A DNA stretch of 64,000 bases, taken from Candidatus Latescibacterota bacterium (GTDB lineage: Bacteria; Latescibacterota; UBA2968). Below the pieces are notes generated by a model that was given only the letters and a program-made list of their open reading frames with translations, did not search any database and had not been told where the DNA came from. The stretch spans positions 1,184,001-1,248,000 of the forward strand of contig OZ244960.1 of NCBI GenBank assembly GCA_965222605.1, read 5' to 3'. A program made the translations under genes and the position numbers. Of this stretch, positions 19,990 to 30,599 are shown piece after piece. Position 1 is the stretch's first letter. The number at the start of each line of letters is the position of its first letter.

Positions 19990-21462
19990 TCAGCTCACGA
20001 ACCGGAACGAGTAGAGCTTTGCCGACCGCATCACGACGCGAAGCCGCAGCGGCCCCCGATCCGTGGGGATCCGGCGGCCAGCCCCCTGCCACGACACGCC
20101 TGCCTTGATTGCGTTGGCGACAATCGTCTCGCACGTCTTCAGCGTGTAGCCTTCCACGGGGCGCCCCTCCTCGTCCTGCAACTCGACCAGCAGCCAGCCG
20201 CCCCCGCCACAGTCCACATTCAGCTCGAGCGCCTGGCCGTCGAACGCCAGCGGCGGTGTCACAAACTCTCCGCCAGAGAGAGACGCATCCGCCGAGACGA
20301 AACCGTCCCGCCTCAGGATCGCCCGGAACAGACCGGTGTTCCAACCGTCGGGAGCCTCATCATTGTGCCGCCCTCCCCGGCCCGAATAGTAGATCCACAT
20401 CTCGGTCTCGGTAAGCACGGGCCAGACATTGGCCATCACCATGCCACCCGATGGCCCCCCATCCAGCCCCCGGCGGATGAACGGCTCCCGGTCTCCCTGA
20501 CGCGACCATATGACTCCGTCACGGCTCGTGAGGAGCCGGACGTCCATCGTGGCCGGGAAATCGGACGCTTCCCAGTGGTAGTAAGCGGCGGGCATCATGA
20601 AGTACGCATCATCCGCCTCGGGATGCTTGTAAACCGCGTTCGTGTAGTAGTCGACCTGCGGCCTGTCCATCGACCGGGGAGGCAGAGGGGCTTCCAGGTC
20701 CAGCGCATCCCCTTCCAGGACGATCAGCGTGGGCTGCGACCAGGTCTTGAAGTTGGGCGACGTGATCCGGCCAACGGACCGGTACCGCTTTCCGAGCTTC
20801 ATTTCCGCCGCCTCGTCCCGTCGCTGGGTCTCGTGTACCCGCGTATAGCCGACATAGAGGTCTAGGCTGTCATCCCAGAAGAAGACATTCTGGGTGTCGC
20901 ACATCTGGTTGGGCGGATTCGGCTGGCCCTCATCATACGTCCAATGGATCCCGTCGGGTGAATGCATGGCCCAGAGCCCCGGCTGAACACCGGCCTCGAT
21001 CTCATCATCCCTGGGCTGGTACTTCGACCAGAGCCGGTAGCGCGAATCGGCGGGCGCGCGTTCGTCTATATAGACCGTCGCACCCTGCATGCTCTGACGC
21101 TCATCCAGCGGAGCGACGATGTTGTTGGCGGTGCTGCCCTGGAACGAGACGAGGTGCATCTCCGGCTTCTGCCAGGAGACCCCGTCTTCGGACTCCGCAT
21201 AGCAGAGACGGACCGCCCCTTCCTGCGGACCTCCCGATTTCATCTGTGCGCCGTACCAGAGCCGGAAGTGCCGCTCCCCTTCCCGGATCACCGTGTTGTA
21301 CCCCCCAATCCCGAGCTTCTCCCACGGCTTGTCCGCCCGGAGCACCGGCTCGGGGGACTGCAAAGGCGGGTTCATACGGAGGTTGACGCCGGAGGCCCGA
21401 TCAAAGAAGCGCGCGTCGATGAAAAGCTGCTTCCGGCTTCCGACTTGGACTGTAGCGGTCAT
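19990..21462 (-). CDS. hypothetical protein, probable five-bladed beta-propeller glycoside-hydrolase-like fold
   Basis: KQLFID, PVL.ADKPWE, CYAESEDGVSWQKP, repeated S.DG..W boxes, LRRDGFVS; GAAGGAG RBS; GC-rich. Confidence 0.65.
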   Translation of the reverse strand: MTATVQVGSRKQLFIDARFFDRASGVNLRMNPPLQSPEPVLRADKPWEKLGIGGYNTVIREGERHFRLWYGAQMKSGGPQEGAVRLCYAESEDGVSWQKPEMHLVSFQGSTANNIVAPLDERQSMQGATVYIDERAPADSRYRLWSKYQPRDDEIEAGVQPGLWAMHSPDGIHWTYDEGQPNPPNQMCDTQNVFFWDDSLDLYVGYTRVHETQRRDEAAEMKLGKRYRSVGRITSPNFKTWSQPTLIVLEGDALDLEAPLPPRSMDRPQVDYYTNAVYKHPEADDAYFMMPAAYYHWEASDFPATMDVRLLTSRDGVIWSRQGDREPFIRRGLDGGPSGGMVMANVWPVLTETEMWIYYSGRGGRHNDEAPDGWNTGLFRAILRRDGFVSADASLSGGEFVTPPLAFDGQALELNVDCGGGGWLLVELQDEEGRPVEGYTLKTCETIVANAIKAGVSWQGAGRRIPTDRGPLRLRVVMRSAKLYSFRFVS

Positions 21463-21538
21463 GAGGTACTCCTTCCTGTTGTCGATGCCAACTACGAAAA
21501 GTCTGCCTGAGCCTGATTCCGATCCATCCTGTACATCC

Positions 21539-21790
21539 CTACTCACACGCAAGGGCGGCCAACAAGGCTTTGATATACCCAATTGAGTAGGCGAGCGCGT
21601 GGGTGTTGCCAGCAGGCCCATCCCCTTCGAGCGTCGGATAGTGGTCGGGGTTCAGGCAGCCGTCGTAACCCACCCGCTTCAGCTCGCGCAGGATCTTGAA
21701 CATGTTCATGTCCCCATCGTCAAGCAGGACCTCCTCGAACGCACCGGCGGTTGCAAAGCTGGCCTTTGCTGACCGGCTCAACTTGTAGTC
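21539..21790 (-). pseudogene. C-terminal fragment of a mannonate dehydratase (UxuA)-like gene
   Basis: FEEVLLDDGDMNM...VGYDGCLNPDHYP...AYSIGY resembles the C-terminus of the intact homologue at 53542-54570; no N-terminal part; left boundary approximate. Confidence 0.65.
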
Positions 21791-21806
21791 CCGAACCCGA
21801 TCAGTG

Positions 21807-22652
21807 CTACTCCCCTTCTGGATGGCGGCCGCCGAGCAATTGAAGCAGGCGATCGCTGGCAGACACCCGCGCATCTTCGGGAATGGGCACCCGGTTCATC
21901 CACCCGAACCGCCGGAACGCCCAATCGACCGCGTACTGCGACTGCATCAGATACCGCGTGCGATCGGACCTGTTCGGCGCCCCCCGGTGCCAGCACTGCG
22001 GATCCTGCACATAGATGTCCCCCGCCTTGCTGAAAACGGATACAGGACCTTGCCCCTCGAACTCCGGATTCTCCTGACTGTTCGGCTCCTTGCCCGAAAG
22101 GTGGCTTCCGGGGACGTACTGTGTGGGACCGTGTTCGATCCGCTCGATATCGCTCAGCGCCATTTGCACGGTAATCCAGAGTACCGGCGGTCGAATCCGG
22201 GGGTTGTGGCGGGGCACGCTCTCCGGGACGGGAAAGTGGACCGCGCCATCCACGTGCCACCTTTCGATCGCCACGCCGGACTGGTTTCGCAGCACGTTCT
22301 GTCCACAGAACCGGCAATTGGGTCCGACGATCGCCTCGGCAAGGCTCAGGATCGGTTCCCGAAGAAGCATCTCCCTGAAAATCCCGTCCAGCGCGATCGT
22401 GTTCCGCAGGATAAACGGTTGATCCCCCTCGCCGTGCATTTGCACGTAGCGGCGGTCGTGCAAGCCGAGGTCTTCCTCTTCCGCAAGCAGAGGATCATCG
22501 AGAAGCGCATCCGTTCGGTCTCGCAGCGCCTGCATTTCACCTGCTTCGAGCACGCCGGGGATGTGCGCGAAACCGTCCCTGTGGAAGCGGTCGATGATCT
22601 CCTGAGTGGTCTCTTCTCCGAATGGCTCGCCAGATTGGATCGGACTCGACAA
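21807..22652 (-). CDS. phytanoyl-CoA dioxygenase (PhyH) family Fe(II)/2-oxoglutarate oxygenase
   Basis: FHRDGFA, WHVD (HxD), GPTQYVPGSH, CWHRG; AAGGAGG RBS before TTG 22652. Confidence 0.85.
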   Translation of the reverse strand: MSSPIQSGEPFGEETTQEIIDRFHRDGFAHIPGVLEAGEMQALRDRTDALLDDPLLAEEEDLGLHDRRYVQMHGEGDQPFILRNTIALDGIFREMLLREPILSLAEAIVGPNCRFCGQNVLRNQSGVAIERWHVDGAVHFPVPESVPRHNPRIRPPVLWITVQMALSDIERIEHGPTQYVPGSHLSGKEPNSQENPEFEGQGPVSVFSKAGDIYVQDPQCWHRGAPNRSDRTRYLMQSQYAVDWAFRRFGWMNRVPIPEDARVSASDRLLQLLGGRHPEGE

Positions 22653-22741
22653 TGGAATCCTCCTTGAGATGGCCCCGGAAGGGCGTTGGAACACCCCTCT
22701 ATCGGAAGCCGGAAGGTACGTTCGGCGTCGTCCAAACGGAA

Positions 22742-22859
22742 CCGGAATGTATCATCGAAGAAAATAACGACGTCAACAATCCCTGTCAAACCGTTTGATC
22801 TTTTTTTGCATCTGCCACGCGCTCACCATAAGACAACTCGCATGTCCCCGTATCGCACG
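22742..22859. repeat. diverged direct repeat, copy A (current 3' end of the DCC1-like gene plus promoter TTGACA-N17-TATTTT at 22761-22789, minus strand)
   Basis: Aligns with 19858-19971. Confidence 0.85.
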
Positions 22860-23208
22860 CCACGCGACCTGAAAGGTGGCGATATCGCGCAACCAGTGCA
22901 TATCCCGCCCGAAAAACGAGATGCAAAACCGGCACGCGATACAACCATGCAAACAGATGGAAGGGTGGCAGCCTGCGATAGATATGATACACGGCATCCG
23001 CACCCGCATAAATATCCTCTTTGCCCACCACCAGGCGCATACCCGTATTGAAATCCGACGACGCCAGCTTTGGAAAATGGTCTTCAATCCTCTGCGTCTG
23101 CCTGGGCAAATAGTCAAACTGACTGCGTTTGTCTTTCTCTTTAATACGGCGGACACTCCAGGTACAAAAACGACATTCGCCGTCATATACAACAATCGGT
23201 TTTTCCAT
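22786..23208 (-). CDS. DCC1-like thiol-disulfide oxidoreductase (DUF393)
   Basis: VVYDGECRFC motif, GYALVARYR; GGAGG RBS before ATG 23208. Confidence 0.85.
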   Translation of the reverse strand: MEKPIVVYDGECRFCTWSVRRIKEKDKRSQFDYLPRQTQRIEDHFPKLASSDFNTGMRLVVGKEDIYAGADAVYHIYRRLPPFHLFAWLYRVPVLHLVFRAGYALVARYRHLSGRVACDTGTCELSYGERVADAKKDQTV

Positions 23209-23227
23209 CACGCCTCCGGGAAAAAAC

Positions 23228-24418
23228 CTAACTCCTCGGATAAAACACATCCACCAGAGTCTCCACATCGTCCCATGCACACAAAAATCGCTCTTCAAAA
23301 CTGCGATGGATATTGCGCTCAACCTCTGTCTCGTCGGGCAGCGGAAACACAATCGTCTCTCGATTGGCCTCAATCGACGCATTCACCGCCAGACTCATCT
23401 CCTGATCCAACCGCCCCAGCGCAGCCCCGTAATCCGGCTCGCGATCTTCTCGAACGGCATTGGCGATACTCAACAACTCATCAGCCACAGCCACTTGCCC
23501 TTCACTCAGCGCATAGTTTGCAAATGGATTCTCCCACGCAATCGCACCGCCGGGCAACTCATAGCGAATCTCGCGCAACACATTTACTCCATCTACCGTT
23601 TCCGTCACGCGCACGGGTTCATAAGCCACGCCCTGTGCCCCGGTTTCCAATTCATCCTTTGGCACTATATACACATTGCCATCCACAATGCTACCCGCTG
23701 TCCCGTCAATCTCATCCATACCCGCCTGCTTGCGCCCGAGTGAACGCGCGTGAATCACATTGGAATACACCATAAGAGCAGCCACATCATTGTCAAATTC
23801 CAAAAAACTCAAACTCCATCTTTCCCGGTCGTGATGGCGCTTCATGCGATCTATATGCGGAATCACGGGCGTTGTATGACTCAACCCAATCACCTGCCTG
23901 GGATTACCGCCAGCCAAAACGCGCAACAAACTCATGCCGTGATACCCGCCCTCGTGGCATATTCGATAGATCCGTCCAATCTCTCCAATAACATCTGATA
24001 CGAGCACCTGCTTCTTTAACCGCTCAATCGGCGCGCGATAATAATTTTCGGCGATCTCCAGATAAACGCCCGCATCTCGCGCCTCTCGAATCATCATATC
24101 TGATGCCGGTCGGGTCATAGCAATCGGTGTCTCCACAACCTGATGTACACCCGCTTGCGCCAAAAAACAGCAAATCGCATGGTGTGCCACGCCTGGCACC
24201 ACCACATCGGCAACATCGATATCTTCATTATCGACCAGGTCGCGCACACTCGTATAAGCCTTTACCCCGTGTTCTGCAGCCAAACTTTGGACTGTTTCTT
24301 CATCCTTATCGCAAATAGCGACAAAGTCAAAAACATCTGCCAACTGCATAATTACGGGCAAATGCGCCCCCGCGCCGCGCCGTCCGGCACCCACAAGTGC
24401 AATTTTGAGACGGTCCAT
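23228..24418 (-). CDS. Gfo/Idh/MocA family oxidoreductase
   Basis: IALVGAGRRG, VETPIA, IAENY. Confidence 0.85.
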   Translation of the reverse strand: MDRLKIALVGAGRRGAGAHLPVIMQLADVFDFVAICDKDEETVQSLAAEHGVKAYTSVRDLVDNEDIDVADVVVPGVAHHAICCFLAQAGVHQVVETPIAMTRPASDMMIREARDAGVYLEIAENYYRAPIERLKKQVLVSDVIGEIGRIYRICHEGGYHGMSLLRVLAGGNPRQVIGLSHTTPVIPHIDRMKRHHDRERWSLSFLEFDNDVAALMVYSNVIHARSLGRKQAGMDEIDGTAGSIVDGNVYIVPKDELETGAQGVAYEPVRVTETVDGVNVLREIRYELPGGAIAWENPFANYALSEGQVAVADELLSIANAVREDREPDYGAALGRLDQEMSLAVNASIEANRETIVFPLPDETEVERNIHRSFEERFLCAWDDVETLVDVFYPRS

Positions 24419-24550
24419 AACATCCCTCCAATAGAAATGGTGTTTTCGCCATTCTGCCAATGATCCAACATCAATCTGCTTGCGGAATTCTTATCTTAAC
24501 CTATCTTTGCGATAATTCAAACAATAATCAACACAAAAGAGGAGCAGGTC

Positions 24551-24967
24551 ATGTCGCAAAACAAAACCATCGGAGGTGGGGGCTTTCACCATGTTGCAAT
24601 TCGCGCCCACGACTTTGAAGCATCCGTAAAATTTTATACCGAAGCGATGGGATTTCAAAAAAAAATCACCTGGGGTGAGGGCAAAAGACGCGCCATCATG
24701 CTCGACACCGGGGATGGAAATTACCTCGAAATTTTCGCCAATGGCACAGATGAACCCAAACCCATGGGATCGATCATTCACTTTGCATTGCGCACCAGCG
24801 ACTGCGACGCCGCTATCGAACGCGCCAGAGCAGCCGGGGCCGAAGTCACTGTAGAACCCAAAAACGTCGAAATACCCAGCGAACCCCACAAAACCCCGGT
24901 GCGCATTGCCTTTTGCAAAGGCCCCGACGGCGAAATCATCGAATTTTTTCAAAACGAACTGACTTGA
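24551..24967 (+). CDS. VOC/glyoxalase family protein
   Basis: FHHVAI, YLEIF, IHFAL, GPDGEIIEF metal ligands. Confidence 0.9.
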   Translation: MSQNKTIGGGGFHHVAIRAHDFEASVKFYTEAMGFQKKITWGEGKRRAIMLDTGDGNYLEIFANGTDEPKPMGSIIHFALRTSDCDAAIERARAAGAEVTVEPKNVEIPSEPHKTPVRIAFCKGPDGEIIEFFQNELT

Positions 24968-25082
24968 AACACGAAAGAATCATCATTATCCCGCAATCTA
25001 TACGGGGAACCCCGCTTTGTCCCTAAACGTCTTACACAAGACACCACAACCGTTATTGCATTTGCCGCGAAAAGGAAAAATT

Positions 25083-25505
25083 ATGAACAAAATTATACCT
25101 GTTTTGTGTCTGATATTTGCAATCGCCGCATGCGGTGACGACAACCCCGCCGATTCTGGCCAACCCGTCGTCAATCAAACATTTGATCTACCGGGCGGAA
25201 CACTTAAAGACTTTAGCTTTACCGTTGACACAGATGTACAGCAAAACGTCATTCTGCAAGGTGAATTTAGCGTTGATAACGGCAGTATTCAGATGGCTGT
25301 TATGAACGCATCCGAGTATCAAACCTGGCAAGAAGGAGGCACGCCCGTCGTGCTTTATAGTCCGGGCGAAACATCTGGAGAAACCTTTCGCTTGCCCATT
25401 TATGACAGTGACACCTACTATATCGTTTTTCGCAACACGGGTACAAATGCCGTAACAGTCAAAGCCGAAATTTTCCTGCTCAGTATCTCTGAGGAGGAAC
25501 TTTAG
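25083..25505 (+). CDS. hypothetical lipoprotein
   Basis: Signal peptide with lipobox IAAC; beta-rich body ending TYYIVFRN. Confidence 0.7.
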   Translation: MNKIIPVLCLIFAIAACGDDNPADSGQPVVNQTFDLPGGTLKDFSFTVDTDVQQNVILQGEFSVDNGSIQMAVMNASEYQTWQEGGTPVVLYSPGETSGETFRLPIYDSDTYYIVFRNTGTNAVTVKAEIFLLSISEEEL

Positions 25506-25523
25506 AATTTGGTTCTTATGAGC

Positions 25524-25560
25524 AAAGGGACTGTGGTTTACTACAGTCCCTTTTTTATTT
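25524..25560 (+). terminator. intrinsic terminator
   Basis: aaagggactgt-loop-acagtcccttt plus T run. Confidence 0.8.
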
Positions 25561-25617
25561 TATCCAAAGATATTTGGCTTTTTTTTCTTTGGTGTATCTC
25601 TGTGTTCAATTTTCCGA

Positions 25618-25646
25618 TTGACGATATGAGAAGGAAAAGTTATAAT
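25618..25646 (+). promoter_or_regulatory. sigma70 promoter of the frd operon
   Basis: TTGACG-N17-TATAAT. Confidence 0.75.
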
Positions 25647-25686
25647 TACCTTTGTCCGTTATCAATCACAGTTAAATGAGGTATTT

Positions 25687-27393
25687 ATGAACATCCCCAA
25701 GCACGACGTGCTCTTAGTAGGTGGAGGGGGTGCGGGCCTGCGTGCAGCAATCGCCGCATCTGAAACTTATCGTGGTGCAGATATTGGCGTAGTCTCCAAA
25801 GTCTATCCCATGCGAAGTCATACCGTCTCTGCCGAAGGTGGCACGGCAGCGGTCATGCGCGAAGACGACAATCTGGATCTGCATGCTTATGACACCATCA
25901 AAGGCAGCGACTACTTAGGCGATCAGGATGCGGTCGAAGCCTTTGTCAAAGAAGCCGTCGATGAAGTCATCCAGTTAGAACACTGGGGCTGCCCCTGGAG
26001 CCGCGACGAAGACGGCCGAGTAAGCGTCCGCGCATTTGGTGGCATGAGTGTCAAACGCACGCTCTATGCCGCTGACAAAACCGGCTTCCACATGCTGCAC
26101 GCTCTCTTTCAAACATCTCTCAAATACGACGCCATTACCCGATACGACGAATGGTTTGTCACCTCTTTGCTCGTCGAAGATGGCAGGGTATGCGGCGTCA
26201 CTGCTCTCAACATTCGCTCTGGCAACATTCACGCCATTGGCGCGAAATCCGTCATTATATGCACGGGTGGCGCGGGCAAAATTTTTCCATTTACCACCAA
26301 TGCCGCCATCAAAAACGGCGACGGAATGGCTCTTGCCTACCGCATTGGCTGTCCTCTAAAAGACCTCGAATTTGTACAATATCACCCCACGGGCCTGCCC
26401 GGCACGGGTATCTTAATGACCGAAGCCTCGCGGGGCGAAGGCGGTCACCTCGTCAACAGCCAGGGCGAACGCTACCTCAGCGAATACGTGCCTGGCAAAA
26501 TGGAACTCGGTCCGCGCGACATCTTATCTCGCTCCTTTATTCACGAACAGCGCAAGGGCAATGTCTTTGAAGGTCCCGATGGCAGCTACGTTCACCTCGA
26601 CCTTCGGCACCTGGGTGAAAAAGTCATCGACGAAAAACTGCCCTTCGTGCGCGAACTCACCCGCAATTACGTCGGCATTGACCCCGTTCTCGAACCCATT
26701 CCCGTGCGTCCAGTCGTCCACTACTGCATGGGCGGCGTACATACCGATATCCATGGCGCAACACCTATCTCTGGTCTTTATGCCGCAGGCGAAGCGGCTT
26801 GTGTCAGCCTCAATGGAGCCAATCGCCTGGGATCCAACTCACTGACCGAATGCCTCGTCTTTGGCGCGCGCGCAGGTCAAGCAGCCGCACAACACGCCGC
26901 CGACACCGACTTTGCAGATTCGGCCTCAATGGTCAAAATGGCGCAAGACGAGCAAAAACGCATTGAAACTCAATTCTTTGGCAACAACGGCAAAGAGCGC
27001 GTGGCCAATATCCGCGATGATCTCCGCCAAACCATGGAAGAAGGCGCGGGTATTTTCCGAACTGAAGACGCACTCAAAGCCACATGTGACACCATTCGCA
27101 CCCTCAAAGAACGGTATAAAAATATCGGCATAGACGACCACTCGCGCGTCTTCAATACCGACCTCGTCAATGCCCTCGAACTGGGTTACATGCTCGACGT
27201 CGCCGAAGGACTCGCACACTCGGCCCTCTTGCGACGCGAATCTCGAGGCTCTCACGCGCGATCAGACTATGAAGAGCGCGACGACGAAAACTTCCTCAAA
27301 CACTCTCTGGCCTATCAAACCGATGGCGACCCCCGCATCGAGTACCTGCCCGTAACACTCACCCGCTGGGAACCCGAAGAACGAACCTATTAA
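25687..27393 (+). CDS. frdA: fumarate reductase/succinate dehydrogenase flavoprotein subunit
   Basis: [20 protein letters not shown] (covalent FAD His), [28 protein letters not shown]. Confidence 0.9.
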   Translation: MNIPKHDVLLVGGGGAGLRAAIAASETYRGADIGVVSKVYPMRSHTVSAEGGTAAVMREDDNLDLHAYDTIKGSDYLGDQDAVEAFVKEAVDEVIQLEHWGCPWSRDEDGRVSVRAFGGMSVKRTLYAADKTGFHMLHALFQTSLKYDAITRYDEWFVTSLLVEDGRVCGVTALNIRSGNIHAIGAKSVIICTGGAGKIFPFTTNAAIKNGDGMALAYRIGCPLKDLEFVQYHPTGLPGTGILMTEASRGEGGHLVNSQGERYLSEYVPGKMELGPRDILSRSFIHEQRKGNVFEGPDGSYVHLDLRHLGEKVIDEKLPFVRELTRNYVGIDPVLEPIPVRPVVHYCMGGVHTDIHGATPISGLYAAGEAACVSLNGANRLGSNSLTECLVFGARAGQAAAQHAADTDFADSASMVKMAQDEQKRIETQFFGNNGKERVANIRDDLRQTMEEGAGIFRTEDALKATCDTIRTLKERYKNIGIDDHSRVFNTDLVNALELGYMLDVAEGLAHSALLRRESRGSHARSDYEERDDENFLKHSLAYQTDGDPRIEYLPVTLTRWEPEERTY

Positions 27394-27403
27394 AGGAAAA
27401 TTT

Positions 27404-28156
27404 ATGAGCGATCACAGAACCATCAAAATCACGGTATTGCGCTATCGTCCAGAAGAAGAGGACGCGCCAACCGAACAGACTTACGAAGTTGAATTTCGCG
27501 ACGACTGGGTCGTTCTCGACGCGCTCAACCACATCAAAGACCACATCGATGGCACGCTTTCATTCCGCTGGTCTTGCCGAATGGGCGTGTGCGGCAGTTG
27601 CGGCATGATGGTCAATGGCGAACCCAAACTCACCTGTGCCGCGATGTTGCGCGACTATTATCCCAACGAAGTGCGCGTGGAACCCCTGGTCAACTTCCCC
27701 ATTGTCCGCGATCTCGTCATCGACATGACTGACTTTATGGACAAACTCAAAGCGGTCAAACCCTGGATCATTCGACAAGAAGAAAAACCCGTATCCGAAG
27801 GGGAATACCTCCAAACGCCTGATCAGCTCAAAGATTACAAACAATTCAGCCAGTGCATCAACTGCATGCTCTGTTACGCAGCCTGCCCGGTCTATGGCCT
27901 CGAACACGACTTCGTCGGTCCGGCCGCAATTGCGTTGGGCCACCGCTACAACCTCGATTCCCGAGATGAAGGCCATCAGCAACGTCAACACGTTATTGCC
28001 AGCAAAGAAGGCATCTGGGAATGCACGTATGTCGGTGAATGCTCCGTCGTTTGTCCCAAACACGTCGATCCCGCAGAAGCCATTCAACAGACCAAAGTGG
28101 CAACCACAACCAACCGCTTCAAATCGCTTGTCATGCCCTGGAGAAACAAAACATGA
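27404..28156 (+). CDS. frdB: fumarate reductase iron-sulfur subunit
   Basis: [34 protein letters not shown]. Confidence 0.9.
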   Translation: MSDHRTIKITVLRYRPEEEDAPTEQTYEVEFRDDWVVLDALNHIKDHIDGTLSFRWSCRMGVCGSCGMMVNGEPKLTCAAMLRDYYPNEVRVEPLVNFPIVRDLVIDMTDFMDKLKAVKPWIIRQEEKPVSEGEYLQTPDQLKDYKQFSQCINCMLCYAACPVYGLEHDFVGPAAIALGHRYNLDSRDEGHQQRQHVIASKEGIWECTYVGECSVVCPKHVDPAEAIQQTKVATTTNRFKSLVMPWRNKT

Positions 28157-28587
28157 TGCTCGATTCCGAAACGACCAAAACCTATACGCGCCCCATATCC
28201 AAAGCCTGGTGGCTGCGCGACCGCGGACATTTTAATCGCAGATATTTCATGTTCTTGATCCGCGAACTCACAAGCGTATTCGTCGGCCTGTATGTTGTGC
28301 TCTTTATCTACGAACTTTTTCTTTTGACAAAAGGGCCAGATGCACACGCTGCGTTCCAGGAATCTCTCAGATCGGGTCCCTTTATTGTCTTTTTTGTCAT
28401 CGCCCTGCTCTTCGCCCTTTACCACAGCTGGACATGGTTGGGGCTAACGACCAAAATGCAGGCGGCTGGGCGTGGGCTCGTTAAAATTGGCACAAAGACC
28501 TTGCCTCCCATTTTTGTCGCACTGGGGTCTTATGGCGCGTGGATTGTTGCGACACTTGTCATCGCCTACCTATTCCTAACTCTTTAG
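28153..28587 (+). CDS. frdC: fumarate reductase membrane anchor subunit C
   Basis: [11 protein letters not shown]...RELTSVF, YHSWTW; three TM helices; ATGA overlap with frdB. Confidence 0.8.
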   Translation: MMLDSETTKTYTRPISKAWWLRDRGHFNRRYFMFLIRELTSVFVGLYVVLFIYELFLLTKGPDAHAAFQESLRSGPFIVFFVIALLFALYHSWTWLGLTTKMQAAGRGLVKIGTKTLPPIFVALGSYGAWIVATLVIAYLFLTL

Positions 28588-28602
28588 ATCGAGGATATCG
28601 CT

Positions 28603-28965
28603 GTGAATTACAAAGAACACAAAAGCGAACCCTTCTGGTGGGGTATGTTCTCTCAAGGTGGTGTTATTGCCGCACTCCTCATACCCATCCACATTTTTTT
28701 ATGTGGTCTGGCTGTTCCACTGGGGCTTATAGACCCCGAACTTCTGTCTTACGAGCGAATAACAGCACTGCTCCAAAATCCACTTGTCAAACTCTACCTC
28801 TGTGTTCTGCTCATCTTCCCCCTCTACCACGCGGCTCACCGAATCCGCTTCACCCTCGCCGAAATCGGATTGCACAGCCTCGCCAAAGTCCTGCCCGTTC
28901 TCTGCTATGGCGGCGCACTATTAGGCACAGCGGTAGTCCTCTACATCTTGTGGGTATTGCTCTAA
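28603..28965 (+). CDS. frdD: fumarate reductase membrane anchor subunit D
   Basis: SEPFWWGMFSQGG, YHAAHRIRF, LCYG. Confidence 0.85.
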   Translation: MNYKEHKSEPFWWGMFSQGGVIAALLIPIHIFLCGLAVPLGLIDPELLSYERITALLQNPLVKLYLCVLLIFPLYHAAHRIRFTLAEIGLHSLAKVLPVLCYGGALLGTAVVLYILWVLL

Positions 28966-28987
28966 GCCATCTCAACAAAAAAAATAA

Positions 28988-29032
28988 AAAGCTCGGATGA
29001 ATTCTGAAGAAGTTCATCCGAGCTTGTGTTTT
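28988..29032. terminator. bidirectional terminator between convergent operons
   Basis: aagctcggatgaa-loop-ttcatccgagctt flanked by A and T runs. Confidence 0.75.
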
Positions 29033-29050
29033 GCGGCAAAAAACCGATTT

Positions 29051-30571
29051 CTATGCTTGGGGGACCAGAACGGCTCCATCGGCTGTTGTGGCCTGAAAAG
29101 CAAACGCCCAGCCGCCATGATTGGAGCCCTGGTCGTTACTGAGCTTGAGCACGATGGAATTGGCACCTGCCTGAAGCGTCACCGGAATGCTCTGGGCTCG
29201 AAAAGCGGAGTGGTGCCCCAGATCGAAAACCTCATCGTTTACGCGCAGAATCAAGGCGTCATCCCAGGCCACACGCAGGTTTGCCGTCATATCCGCAGGT
29301 GCAGATAAGACGCAGCGGGCAAGCGCTGCGCCCACATCGGTATTGCCCACACCCGGGCCCCAGGGCCGAAACACGTGGTTAAAATCGACAAATCCGTGGT
29401 GGGCGGCGCGTTTGACCCAACGCGCTACGTCCCGTCCCCGTTGTCGTGAGCCAGCGGTCAACCAGGCCGACTCTTCACCGTGCAAACCATCAAACGTCGC
29501 TTCTGGCTGAAAGGCCGTCTCCGGGGGCAAGGTCGTTTCCAGCGCTTGACCGTTGTGATTGGCGAAAGGGCCGCATAGCCACCATTCGCCGCTGGTCGGC
29601 AGCGGCAGATCATGGGTGCCGCGCGGCAGTTCGACACCGGGCAGCAGCTGCGACCAATCAGGCACGGCGAAGAACGGTCGCACGGCGTCCTGCTGGTACC
29701 AATAGACGGTAGAGCAGATATCGTTGGCCATACAGCCGAAGCGCATGTGAATCGATTGCTGGAAGGGAAGTGAGTCCTTTTCGAAGAAGCGGTAGCCCAC
29801 CAACCGTTGCGCCGGCCGCGCCTGCCCCACATCGTCATGCACATAGTAAGGCATTGCGGCGTAGTGATGGGTTTCGGGCGGATGCAGGGCACCCCCGTAG
29901 CCGGCGCCAAAGGTATCCTCGCCCCCAATGCCGCGCAAAAAGGCCGGGTGTTCGCCCTCTCCATCGATGTAGATATTTTCAGCCCCGCCGTGGCTCCAGC
30001 GATCGACATCATCGAGCAAACGCACGCCGTACACAAAGCCCAACAACTCTCCCGGCCCGTCGGCATCCAGCATCAGGAAATCTTCACCGTAGCGCTGGGT
30101 CGGCATTTCTCGCCGCCAGCGGGCGCAAAAACGTCGCTGTTCGCTCAGAGTCTGATTGGGGTAGCGGTGCCAATCCACCTGCAAGTAGGCGCGGTTCTCT
30201 TCAGGTCCGGCTTCAAACTCAATCCGTGCGGATCGGGCGAAGGGCATCTGGAAGTAGCAGTTGTAGCCAATCCAGGCCTTGACCGCCAGGAAGTGGGTGT
30301 CTATCGGATACCAGCCCTGGCCATGCATGACCCCAAAAAAGTCACCGACGGGCGCCTCAACATAGGGGATCGGCTCATCATCAAAATAGATGCGGATAAG
30401 CGCTTTGCGGCTGGTCATAGGTATGCGCTCTGGCCGCGACAGTACGACCCAAAGGTGCTGAATACAGCCTGGCCCATCGAGTTCGGCATAGACGGCTTTT
30501 TGGTTGGCCAGCAAAGGTCCGGTCATACTGACGCGGTCGGGGATACCAACTTCAGGGAGTTGTAAATCCAT
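29051..30571 (-). CDS. DUF2961 (GH172-like) domain protein
   Basis: GPGCIQHLW, IRIYFDDE..PYVEAPVGDFFG, YNCYFQMPF, GIGGEDTFG; GC-richer than neighbours. Confidence 0.75.
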   Translation of the reverse strand: MDLQLPEVGIPDRVSMTGPLLANQKAVYAELDGPGCIQHLWVVLSRPERIPMTSRKALIRIYFDDEPIPYVEAPVGDFFGVMHGQGWYPIDTHFLAVKAWIGYNCYFQMPFARSARIEFEAGPEENRAYLQVDWHRYPNQTLSEQRRFCARWRREMPTQRYGEDFLMLDADGPGELLGFVYGVRLLDDVDRWSHGGAENIYIDGEGEHPAFLRGIGGEDTFGAGYGGALHPPETHHYAAMPYYVHDDVGQARPAQRLVGYRFFEKDSLPFQQSIHMRFGCMANDICSTVYWYQQDAVRPFFAVPDWSQLLPGVELPRGTHDLPLPTSGEWWLCGPFANHNGQALETTLPPETAFQPEATFDGLHGEESAWLTAGSRQRGRDVARWVKRAAHHGFVDFNHVFRPWGPGVGNTDVGAALARCVLSAPADMTANLRVAWDDALILRVNDEVFDLGHHSAFRAQSIPVTLQAGANSIVLKLSNDQGSNHGGWAFAFQATTADGAVLVPQA

Positions 30572-30599
30572 AGCAGACTCCATTCTTGTTTATGCCCTT

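Noticed and set aside
19889-20344. 151-aa ORF ending in the DCC1-like tail
   Set aside because: It is an alternate frame of the propeller gene that runs into direct-repeat copy B; explained by the duplication
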